A stretch of 56,628 nt of DNA from Abditibacteriaceae bacterium (GTDB taxonomy: Bacteria; Armatimonadota; Abditibacteriia; Abditibacteriales; Abditibacteriaceae), in the NCBI GenBank assembly GCA_031372065.1, contig JANMKN010000058.1:1-56628 (forward strand). Direction: 5' to 3'. Positions 46,099 through 54,542 of the stretch are shown here, in pieces (position 1 is the stretch's first letter; every line of letters starts with the position of its first letter). The notes below the pieces were generated by a model. That model was not told where the DNA came from, ran no database searches, and saw only the letters and a list, made by a program, of their open reading frames with translations. The translations under genes were made by a program, and so were the position numbers.

Positions 46099-49000
46099 AT
46101 GCCTTCCCTTCAAGATACTCCTACAATTGAACGCTTGAGTAGCGAAACTCATAAGTTTGGGATGCCTGAGCTTGTTGACCTGACCGGCCAAGCCACTTAT
46201 CGGCACATGGACTATCTTGACCTATTTCGTGAGAGACAAGGGGAGGCATTAAAACCGGATGCCGTGGCGGAATTTCAGGGACGCCCACTTGTGTATTTAC
46301 TTGATGGATTCACAGCAGAATACCCAGAAGCAGAACTGATTAATCTTCAACAGCTTCTTGCCAATCGCAGCGAACACGCTTGTCTGGCTATTGTGCGGCC
46401 CGGCGATTTGGAAGTGCGGCCCATTAATCTTAGCCGCCAGCAGTTGGAACAAGGCAACGAATTCCAATTCATTCATGCGACAGATGCGGCGGCACCTACA
46501 TTTTTCCAGAGCCTTGCCACTGGTAAATTCACCTTAGAAAATCAGCCTAAAAAAGCCGATTTCGTTTTCCATGAAATCCATAGTTTGCTTTCCAAAGCCT
46601 CTGAAGCCTTGATAGGTAAGTTGCCGCCGTTACAGGTTTTGTCTGTCATTGGGCGCGCTTTGTTTTTTCGCTTTTTGATTGATCGTAATATTGTGCGGGA
46701 AAGTGAACGAGAGGCAATTTGCCCGCAAGCGCAGGACTTATATGATGTATTTTCTGATGCGGAAAAGGCTGCCCAGATCTCTTTGTGGATGGATGTAACC
46801 TTTAATGGCGATCTGTTGCCACTTGTGCCTGAACTTCCATCCGATGTTGATAGCCAAGTTCGTCTTAATGCTTATCGAACGTTTTTCCAAGGGGCTGGAA
46901 ATGCTACTAACAACAAAGTTTTCCTTCACCAACAAGCGATTTTAAAAAGCTGGAAATCGCTGGATAAATCGGAATTTCAGCCACACCTTCCTGAGATTGA
47001 TTGGGACGACCTTGATTTCGCGCATATTCCTATCGGCGTTTTAAGTCAGGTTTATGAGACTTTTAGCCGTCAATGGGACGAAGCACACGCCACAGAAACG
47101 GGCGTTTATTACACTCCAAAAAACATTGCCACTTTGATGGTTGAAGAGGCTCTCGCAGGGCTTGATAATCCTGCCGAAGCACACCTTCTTGACCCAGCTT
47201 GTGGGGCCGGTGTTTTTTTGGTGCTGGCTTTTCGACATCTGGTGCAAAAGTGTTGGGAAAGAGATGGTAAACGTCCCACGACCAGCGTCATTCATAACAT
47301 TCTTTACGAACAACTGTGCGGCTTTGATGTAAGCGAATCGGCCTTACGATTGGCTGCTTTAGCTCTGCACATTATGGCTGTCGAATTAAATGGCACACAG
47401 CGCCCGCCGATTAGCCTCAAACTTCCGCGCCGCTTGCAAGATGAAGTGCTTTACAATTGGGGAGACAAAGAAGCCAATGCGAAGCGGCGTTTCGTGTCAG
47501 GTAGTCTTGGCCCAAATGTTCCTGAATCGTTTAATCAGCAGTTCGATGTGGTGATTGGAAATCCGCCGTGGACACGATTGCGCGCCTCCTCTGAAAATGC
47601 CGAAGAAAAGAAAGAAGAAAAGGCTTACAATGACGCCTTGAACAAGGAGTTCACTGCTACGGCCCGCCGCGTGTTGAAAGCGCGCAATGTGGACGAAGCC
47701 AATGCCTACGAGAATCCAGACAACAATCCTGATTTGCCTTTCCTGTGGCGCGCTGCTGAATGGGCAAAGCCGGATGGGATTATTGCGCTGGTTTTGCCCG
47801 CGCGCATCATTCTCAAGCAAGCTGGCAAAGGCAAATCCGCCCGCGATGCAATCATGCGCGGCTTTCAAGTCAACGGCATCATCAATGGTTCCGATTTAGA
47901 GAAAACACACGTCTGGCCCAATATGGATTTGCCGTTCATGCTGTTGTTTGCCCGGAACGCAAAACCGGAAGGCGAGCATCATTTCTATTTCGCTACACCA
48001 GTTCGAGAGAATCATTTGGCCGACCAAGGGCAGTTTCGGCTTGACTACAAATCCGCCGAGGCCGTTTCTGCACAGCAAGTGATTGATAAACCTTGGCTGT
48101 TGAAAACGCTGGGAGTGGGGGCAGTTTTAGATGTTGAAATAATCGAAAAACTTAAGCTCCACCGTAGCATGAAAGCTCTTAGTGAGCATTGGAAGAAGCC
48201 ATTGTTTTCAGGGAAAGGTTTCAGTATTGAACCTCGAAAGAAGTCTGAGGCACCAGAATGGCTAAAAAAGCTGCCTGTCTTGAAATCGCCTGTCGCAAGC
48301 TTTCGTGCTTCCCTTAATGGTTTGGACACTTTTGCTGAAGTCTATGGGGCGCAAGAACCTCATCATATGGCGATTGAAGAAATATATAAATCTCCACTCT
48401 TGATAATACGCAAGAAGCGTGGAGAAAAACGTGAAGCACCTCAGTCATTTCGCGTTTATGGAAAATCAATTTGCTATTCGCAATCATATTACGGATTTTC
48501 TGCGTCTGGTCATGCAGACGGTGAAAGTCTAATTTCTTTGCTCTATCTCATTACAAATAGTGTCCTTTTTCAACACTTTTGTTTGGCTTGTAGTTCAAGT
48601 ATCGGAGCACAACATAGAATTATTTTGAAAGAAGATTTGGATGCCTTTCCGTTTCCTTCTGTTTCGACAATTGAAAAACACAAACAGCATATTCTTGAAC
48701 TGGCTGATGCGCTCGAAAACTCATCCACCAAACCGTGGGGCGAAATTGATAAATTCATTTTTCAGCTTTACGGTTTAGATGAACACGACGCCCAAGTGGT
48801 GAAAGATACCGTTAAATATGGTGCGCCTTATCGTTCGGCGCGGCAACTCGCGGAAGCAGCACCGAAACCTGCCGAAGCCAATGCTTTTTGCGGCTATCTT
48901 GAAGAGATAATTCAGCCATTTTTTGATGTCGTAGATCAACGCGTCAATGTGTCGTTAGTGCCACCCTTGCAAAGCACTTGGGATTTGCCGATTGCGCCGT

Positions 49001-49245
49001 GGCGATTTTTGGCCATTGGCTTTGCTGGCGATAGCATTCCAACGCCGCCCAATTTGTTGGCGCAACTGATGGAGGAAGCGAATCGCACTGCGGCCAGTCG
49101 CGTTGTCATGCATATTCCCGAAAGCGGCTTGCTCATCGGTCTTTTAAATCAGCAACGCTTTTGGACATTAAGCCGCGCTCGTCTTTGTGGCTTGCATATT
49201 TTACGGGAGCATATGGACGCTTTTCCAATGCCGAATTTAAAATGA
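46099..49245 (+). CDS. Large gamma-class N6-adenine DNA methyltransferase with TRD (Eco57I/Type IIG-like)
   Basis: LSQVYE, GVYYTP, motif I LDPACGAGVFL, motif IV VIGNPPW, C-terminal EIDKFIFQLYGL. Confidence 0.9.
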   Translation: MPSLQDTPTIERLSSETHKFGMPELVDLTGQATYRHMDYLDLFRERQGEALKPDAVAEFQGRPLVYLLDGFTAEYPEAELINLQQLLANRSEHACLAIVRPGDLEVRPINLSRQQLEQGNEFQFIHATDAAAPTFFQSLATGKFTLENQPKKADFVFHEIHSLLSKASEALIGKLPPLQVLSVIGRALFFRFLIDRNIVRESEREAICPQAQDLYDVFSDAEKAAQISLWMDVTFNGDLLPLVPELPSDVDSQVRLNAYRTFFQGAGNATNNKVFLHQQAILKSWKSLDKSEFQPHLPEIDWDDLDFAHIPIGVLSQVYETFSRQWDEAHATETGVYYTPKNIATLMVEEALAGLDNPAEAHLLDPACGAGVFLVLAFRHLVQKCWERDGKRPTTSVIHNILYEQLCGFDVSESALRLAALALHIMAVELNGTQRPPISLKLPRRLQDEVLYNWGDKEANAKRRFVSGSLGPNVPESFNQQFDVVIGNPPWTRLRASSENAEEKKEEKAYNDALNKEFTATARRVLKARNVDEANAYENPDNNPDLPFLWRAAEWAKPDGIIALVLPARIILKQAGKGKSARDAIMRGFQVNGIINGSDLEKTHVWPNMDLPFMLLFARNAKPEGEHHFYFATPVRENHLADQGQFRLDYKSAEAVSAQQVIDKPWLLKTLGVGAVLDVEIIEKLKLHRSMKALSEHWKKPLFSGKGFSIEPRKKSEAPEWLKKLPVLKSPVASFRASLNGLDTFAEVYGAQEPHHMAIEEIYKSPLLIIRKKRGEKREAPQSFRVYGKSICYSQSYYGFSASGHADGESLISLLYLITNSVLFQHFCLACSSSIGAQHRIILKEDLDAFPFPSVSTIEKHKQHILELADALENSSTKPWGEIDKFIFQLYGLDEHDAQVVKDTVKYGAPYRSARQLAEAAPKPAEANAFCGYLEEIIQPFFDVVDQRVNVSLVPPLQSTWDLPIAPWRFLAIGFAGDSIPTPPNLLAQLMEEANRTAASRVVMHIPESGLLIGLLNQQRFWTLSRARLCGLHILREHMDAFPMPNLK

Positions 49246-49973
49246 GCGTTTCTGGTTTCTTTTCCAAAGGCATAAAACTATATGAATTGCCTCATCGTAA
49301 AGCGGAAAGGCAGTTACTTGTAGTCAATGACGCGGTGCGTTATGCATTTCGGCTTTTAGGAGCAGATCCGCCAAATGGATTTGTTCTAAACACAGCTTTG
49401 GAGAATGAAATAACTCGACAACTTCATTGGATTCTGGAAAATCGCTTGATGCATTCGAAGGAGGTCAATGGCTTTAGTGTATTGTGGTTCAAAAACGTGA
49501 GTCGGGCACCGGAATTGACGAATGTAGATGGTAAACATCCAGATAAAAAACCCGATCTCGTTTTTTCTTTACAGCGCGACAAAATGCCAGTATTATCCAG
49601 TCACGATGCAGTTTTTGCTGAGTGTAAGCCAGTAAATAAAGTTACTCACAAAATTCTGCCTAAATACTGTAAAGATGGACTAATCCGATTTATTAATGGC
49701 GACTATGCGTGGACAATGCGAGAAGGGTTGATGATAGGTTATGTAAAAGATGGCTTAACCATTCACGAGCATTTGGCAGATGAACTCGCTGAAGAAAAAC
49801 TTCATAGAGAAATGGGAAACCCAACCCCGCCGTCACAAGTTTCTGGCTCAGAGCCTACCGAACACGCGCAAGCACTTTATGTAACTACACACCAAAGAGA
49901 TTTCGATTGGACGCCAAATCGCGGCAAGGCGTGTGAAATTCGTATTTATCATTCGTGGCACTCCTGCGAATGA
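49242..49973 (+). CDS. Putative PD-(D/E)xK endonuclease partner of the methyltransferase
   Basis: ATGA overlap with the MTase stop. ENEIT...KKPDL...FAECK...YCKDGLIRFINGDYA...MIGYV. Confidence 0.65.
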   Translation: MSVSGFFSKGIKLYELPHRKAERQLLVVNDAVRYAFRLLGADPPNGFVLNTALENEITRQLHWILENRLMHSKEVNGFSVLWFKNVSRAPELTNVDGKHPDKKPDLVFSLQRDKMPVLSSHDAVFAECKPVNKVTHKILPKYCKDGLIRFINGDYAWTMREGLMIGYVKDGLTIHEHLADELAEEKLHREMGNPTPPSQVSGSEPTEHAQALYVTTHQRDFDWTPNRGKACEIRIYHSWHSCE

Positions 49974-50022
49974 CAGCAATTTGGGGCAGGGTTGTCAATG
50001 GTTTAGAGGTGAAAACAGAAGC

Positions 50023-53000
50023 ATGAAAAAATTATTTTTGGCGATGCTCTTTGCGGTGTTGTTAGTGGATGTCGCACAGGCGCAAGAAATCAAGCAAGGG
50101 CAATGGGATGGCAAAACGTTGGCGGCGAAGTTGGAGGGGGCTTATGAAGACCCGCATCAGGGGCCGCCGACGTTTGGCATTTTGAGTTATTTCAACTTGC
50201 CGTGGCGTGGCTACATGGATACGTGGCCCGCTGCGCGTTGGCTCAACTTTCCCGGCGTGGGTTGGACGGGTGATGCCAAATATCACGAAGCGCAGGCGCA
50301 ACTGATGAGCGAGTGCGGCGTGCGTTTTGTGCGTATTGAAGTCGGTTGGGGCAGCCTCAACTGGGATGACGAATTGTCGCCCGATTTGAAAGCGCGTCTC
50401 GCTAAACAACTGGCGCTGTGCAAGCAATATGGTCTCCGTCCTTCGATTTTGCTGAACGCGCATCATGGCGTGCCGTGTCCGTTGCGCGGCTTTGAAACGC
50501 AGCTTTTAGCCGATGCCGAAAAAGGCGCGCGGCAAATCCAAATCGCGCCGCAAACTAAAGTGCGCGAAGGCTACAGCGGCCTTGTCAATCAGGGCGATTA
50601 CAAAGCGGCCTTTCCGCTGATTACCAAATTTGAAAATGGCATCGCCACTTTGTCGGCGCCGTTGCCCAAAGATTTAAAAGCTGGAAAATTGCCGTTGCAG
50701 GAACTGAAATATCAACCGCTGCAAGGCGCGAAATTAAAAGATGGCACCCGCCCTGAAGGGCACCCGGTCTCGGCTTCGCAGGAAACGCTTGAGGGCTGGC
50801 TCAAATACATAAAAGCGGTTGGCACTTTTGTGCGCGACCAATTGAGTGATGGAGGAGTCAATCGTCAATCGGGGCACCCTCTGGGTCGAATCAACAATCG
50901 TCAATCGAATGATTCGGGCTTTGATATTGAAGTGTGGAACGAACTCACTTTTGGCTCGGATTATTTGGACATCAACAAATATTACGAGCCAAAACGCGAC
51001 CTCGAACCGCTGCTTTATCGCAAGACGCGCGCGTGGTCGCCGCAAATGCGGCCCGATGCAAAATTAGAATTTGAACAACGTGGCTTTGAAGTGCTTTTGC
51101 CGCTAACGATTGACTTTTTCAACGACCCAAAAAACAATTTTAAAAACGTGGCGGTCATCAGCGGCTTTAGCAATCAATGGCCGTGGGGTTCGGGCGCCAC
51201 GATGTGGGACGGGCAGGGCGGGCTTTCCAAACACTACTATACTGGCAGCAATTTGCGCGAAGTTTCGCCGCAAACGCCGCTGGGCAAAAAAGATTCGGCG
51301 ACAGTGAATGCTCTGGATGAAATGGACGGCCAAAAAGACCCGAAAAACCCCGAATGGCACGGCATTATTGCGGGCACGAATTTCATTCCCAACGTGACTT
51401 TATCGCTGCCCGAATGGATGTTTGGCGCCTTTCAAACCGAAACGGTGCAACGCGATTTGTTTCCCGATTCGCGCCTTGCCAAAGGCATCGGCAGTGTTCC
51501 ATCGGGACGCTATACCAACAACGGCGACTGGAAAACGCCGCGCTACTGGCAAACCGAAGTCAACTATGACCGCAGTGCGTTTATCGAGCGCGTGAAAAAA
51601 GAAAGCGGCGCCAAAAACGACGATCCACGCCTGATAAAACTCAACGATTGGACGAACTCGAAATTCATGCTGCGCCAGTATCTTTTCCAGTGCCACAAAG
51701 GGTTCGAGCGCATCTTTTTGTTTTCAACGGCCTTCGATGATTTTTCTATTGGCCTGTTGCCGCAAGCGTTTTACAAGGCGCTGGACGCCAACAATTATCA
51801 ACTGAATGAAGCCGTCCGCCAAACTGTGCCGCAAGGCTGGTGGGCGACCAAATGGGTAACGGACTTGATGAAAACCAGCGCGTCGCTGGATGCTACGCGG
51901 CCTTTGCGCGTGGACGAATTGGTCGAATATACACCGCGCCTCGTTTTCAAAGGCGACGGAACGGCGGCGCATCCCAGCAAATATCACCGCGATTATTTTG
52001 CATTTTTGCCGTTTCAACTTTCGCCGCAAAAATACGCTGTCGCGTTTTATGTCGCCACGCCCAACGCCACGCAATCGTGGGACGAAACTAAGGACGCGCT
52101 CGATGCGGCGCGCTACGATTTGCCGCCGCAGGATTTCGATGTGACAATCAGTAACATCGCCGGACGCGGCGCGAAAATTTCAGCCTTCGACCCGCTGAAA
52201 AATCAAACTGTGCCTGTCAAAGTGTTAAATTCATCGCCGAATACTTTGCAAGTGCGTTTGGCTTCAACCGATTATCCGCGTTTTCTCGTTATCGAAGAAG
52301 CCCAGTCCGGCCCGCAAATTATCGTGCCGCAAATCAGCGCCGCGCCGGGCAAAATCACGCTGAAGTGGAAAACCAACATCGCGCCGGGCGCGGTGCGCGT
52401 CACTTATGGCCACGATTGGATGAATCGCGATGTCAACGAAACCAAAATCGTGCCGCGTAAAAATCAGCGCGATTTTGAAATCACTTTGCCCACTGGTGCT
52501 GCCGACATTGTAGCCGCGCGCGTTCGCATCGCGGCCAATGGCCTTTCGACAATGTGGCCGCGTTGGGACGAAGACCCAGCAGGCCAAATCACCATGCCGG
52601 ATGCCAAACCTCGCCCGAAAAATCAATCTCTTGCACCCTCTGCAACGGCGACTTTGCCTGTGATGAATTTTGCAGCACCAACCGGCATGGCGCTGCCACT
52701 AAGCGAAACTATCGGCGATCTGCTGCTAAATTTGCCTGTTGGCATTTCGCGCCAAGACAACGGCAATGAGCGCATTTTTGTGTGGGGCAAAGTGCCGCAG
52801 CAAATCCTGTTGGGCGCCCGTTTTGTGCCGCGCGGTGCCAAAAACGCCGACGATTATCTGCCGTTCGCTTCGCCGATTGACAGCGTTACGCGCCGCCGCG
52901 TGAAATTACCTTCGGGCCTTGAAGCCTATTCAGTAGATTTCGGTTTCGATGGCACGGCGCATCCCGGTTTAAACGAGTTGCAACAACGCTTTTTGCTAAT

Positions 53001-53109
53001 GCCGCGCGGCGATGATCTGGTTATCCTCAAAGCGTTGGGCACGTCCGCTGCGATGGCCGCGCAAGTGAAAACTGTTGAGGCGATTTGGGCCAGCGTGCAA
53101 AAGGCTTAA
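50023..53109 (+). CDS. Large secreted clan GH-A-like glycoside hydrolase
   Basis: Signal AQA-Q, GVRFVRIEVGW, IEVWNE (acid/base), HYY, WQTE (nucleophile). Confidence 0.65.
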   Translation: MKKLFLAMLFAVLLVDVAQAQEIKQGQWDGKTLAAKLEGAYEDPHQGPPTFGILSYFNLPWRGYMDTWPAARWLNFPGVGWTGDAKYHEAQAQLMSECGVRFVRIEVGWGSLNWDDELSPDLKARLAKQLALCKQYGLRPSILLNAHHGVPCPLRGFETQLLADAEKGARQIQIAPQTKVREGYSGLVNQGDYKAAFPLITKFENGIATLSAPLPKDLKAGKLPLQELKYQPLQGAKLKDGTRPEGHPVSASQETLEGWLKYIKAVGTFVRDQLSDGGVNRQSGHPLGRINNRQSNDSGFDIEVWNELTFGSDYLDINKYYEPKRDLEPLLYRKTRAWSPQMRPDAKLEFEQRGFEVLLPLTIDFFNDPKNNFKNVAVISGFSNQWPWGSGATMWDGQGGLSKHYYTGSNLREVSPQTPLGKKDSATVNALDEMDGQKDPKNPEWHGIIAGTNFIPNVTLSLPEWMFGAFQTETVQRDLFPDSRLAKGIGSVPSGRYTNNGDWKTPRYWQTEVNYDRSAFIERVKKESGAKNDDPRLIKLNDWTNSKFMLRQYLFQCHKGFERIFLFSTAFDDFSIGLLPQAFYKALDANNYQLNEAVRQTVPQGWWATKWVTDLMKTSASLDATRPLRVDELVEYTPRLVFKGDGTAAHPSKYHRDYFAFLPFQLSPQKYAVAFYVATPNATQSWDETKDALDAARYDLPPQDFDVTISNIAGRGAKISAFDPLKNQTVPVKVLNSSPNTLQVRLASTDYPRFLVIEEAQSGPQIIVPQISAAPGKITLKWKTNIAPGAVRVTYGHDWMNRDVNETKIVPRKNQRDFEITLPTGAADIVAARVRIAANGLSTMWPRWDEDPAGQITMPDAKPRPKNQSLAPSATATLPVMNFAAPTGMALPLSETIGDLLLNLPVGISRQDNGNERIFVWGKVPQQILLGARFVPRGAKNADDYLPFASPIDSVTRRRVKLPSGLEAYSVDFGFDGTAHPGLNELQQRFLLMPRGDDLVILKALGTSAAMAAQVKTVEAIWASVQKA

Positions 53110-53177
53110 ACACAAAGGACACTAAGGAAGTGGGAAATCTTTGTGTCCTTCGTGAAATCTTGCTGTCCTTTGTGTTG
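53107..53177. repeat. Short palindromic intergenic repeat
   Basis: AACACAAAGGACAC...TGTCCTTTGTGTT ends. Similar ACACAAAGAC motifs occur at 13668-13766 and 30812-30877. Confidence 0.5.
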
Positions 53178-53193
53178 GACAAGAGGAGAAACT

Positions 53194-53907
53194 ATGTCAC
53201 TTTTTGAAGACGTTATGCAGTTAGCTGTGCAAATGCCGATGGACGAGCGTGAACGCTTGGGCCGTGCGCTGGGCTTGAAATTGGAAGCGGCGATGCCCGC
53301 GAATCGCGGTTTGCCATTGATGAATCGCAACGCTGACCCCTCGAAAACCGATCCTGTTGCGTGGCGCAAAGCCGAAACCGGGCACGCGGTTTTGAACACC
53401 AATTTAGGCGGCGCGGTTAATGCAACAGGCGCTCCGGCTATTGCCGGAATGTGGAGCGAATTTGCCGATGAGTGGGAAAGCGAAGGCGAGGATATTCCGG
53501 TGCCGCTGGCTTCGTCGCTGCCCAAAGGTGCGCCGGTTTTGGCGCATACCGATATTTGTGTGGCATTGGCGCTGGGCCTTCCCGAAGCCGTGCAATTTTG
53601 GCAAACGCCGAATGTCGAAACACGCCTTGCCACAGCGACATATTTAACGCTGCTGGACGCCGCCGAAGACGACGACCAACTGGCCGCGTTGCGCGCTTTT
53701 GTGCAGCCGTTTGCCGTGCTGTCGCTTGGCCCGATGGCGTCCTCGAAATCGGTTGAACTGATGCTTAATCACAACTTGGAAACCGGCCTTGCCCCGCTGG
53801 ATGCGCTGATTGCGGCGACGGCTTTGGCCCATGAAATTCCGATTGTGACGTGTAATCCTGCACCGTTCCAAGGCATCGCCGGATTAGAAATCGTGCGCCC
53901 ATTTTAG
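53194..53907 (+). CDS. Antitoxin-like N-terminus fused to a degenerate PIN (VapC-like) domain
   Basis: GAGGAG RBS. PIN C-terminus DALIAATALAHEIPIVTCN..F..I.GL. N-terminal EDVMQLAVQMPMDERERL and a GMW motif. Confidence 0.75.
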   Translation: MSLFEDVMQLAVQMPMDERERLGRALGLKLEAAMPANRGLPLMNRNADPSKTDPVAWRKAETGHAVLNTNLGGAVNATGAPAIAGMWSEFADEWESEGEDIPVPLASSLPKGAPVLAHTDICVALALGLPEAVQFWQTPNVETRLATATYLTLLDAAEDDDQLAALRAFVQPFAVLSLGPMASSKSVELMLNHNLETGLAPLDALIAATALAHEIPIVTCNPAPFQGIAGLEIVRPF

Positions 53908-53941
53908 ATCCATTTTAGATTGGGTTGAGAACAAACTGGCT

Positions 53942-54511
53942 TTAACCATTTGGCTTGGCGCGAAGCGTGGATAATTCGTAGCGTCGCAAAACTTCGTAAG
54001 CGGTAATGCCAAAGGCCACGCTGATGTTCAGCGAATTTTTCAGGCCGCGCATCGGCAAATGAACAACCGCGTCACAGCGTTCCATCGTTGCTTCGCTCAG
54101 GCCGTCCACTTCGTTGCCAAAAACCAGCGCAAGAGGAAATTGCAAGTCGAATTCCCACAGCGGCACGCTGCGCTCGTTGAATTCCATCGCCAAAATCTGA
54201 CAGCCGCGCGCTTTGACAATATCCAGCGCGCCTTCGGTGGTTTCGCAGTGCTGCCACGGCACGACCTCGACGGCGCCAAAGGCAGTCTTCGATAAATGGC
54301 GATGCGGCGGGCAAGGCGTATAGCCGCATAGCAAAAGTTCGCCGATGCCTGCGCCATCGCTGGTGCGAAAGGCCGCGCCGACGTTGTGCGCCGAGCGAAT
54401 GTGATCGAGAACACCGTAAACGGGCAGGCGCGGCAAGGCAATGGCGTCTTCGGGTGTGATACGGTCTGAGCCATGTTCATGGCGCACGAAATAGTCTTGC
54501 GGCTTAGTCAT
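53942..54511 (-). CDS. TrmH/SpoU-family RNA methyltransferase
   Basis: LDHIRSAHNVGAAFRTSD, LVFGNEVDGL, LPMRGLKNSLNISVA. Confidence 0.93.
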   Translation of the reverse strand: MTKPQDYFVRHEHGSDRITPEDAIALPRLPVYGVLDHIRSAHNVGAAFRTSDGAGIGELLLCGYTPCPPHRHLSKTAFGAVEVVPWQHCETTEGALDIVKARGCQILAMEFNERSVPLWEFDLQFPLALVFGNEVDGLSEATMERCDAVVHLPMRGLKNSLNISVAFGITAYEVLRRYELSTLRAKPNG

Positions 54512-54542
54512 AACCGGCCAAGTATAAGCAAGGCGACGAGAA

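Noticed and set aside
46099..49973. Prophage or integrative element carrying the R-M genes
   Set aside because: No integrase, tRNA or flanking att-like direct repeats were seen.
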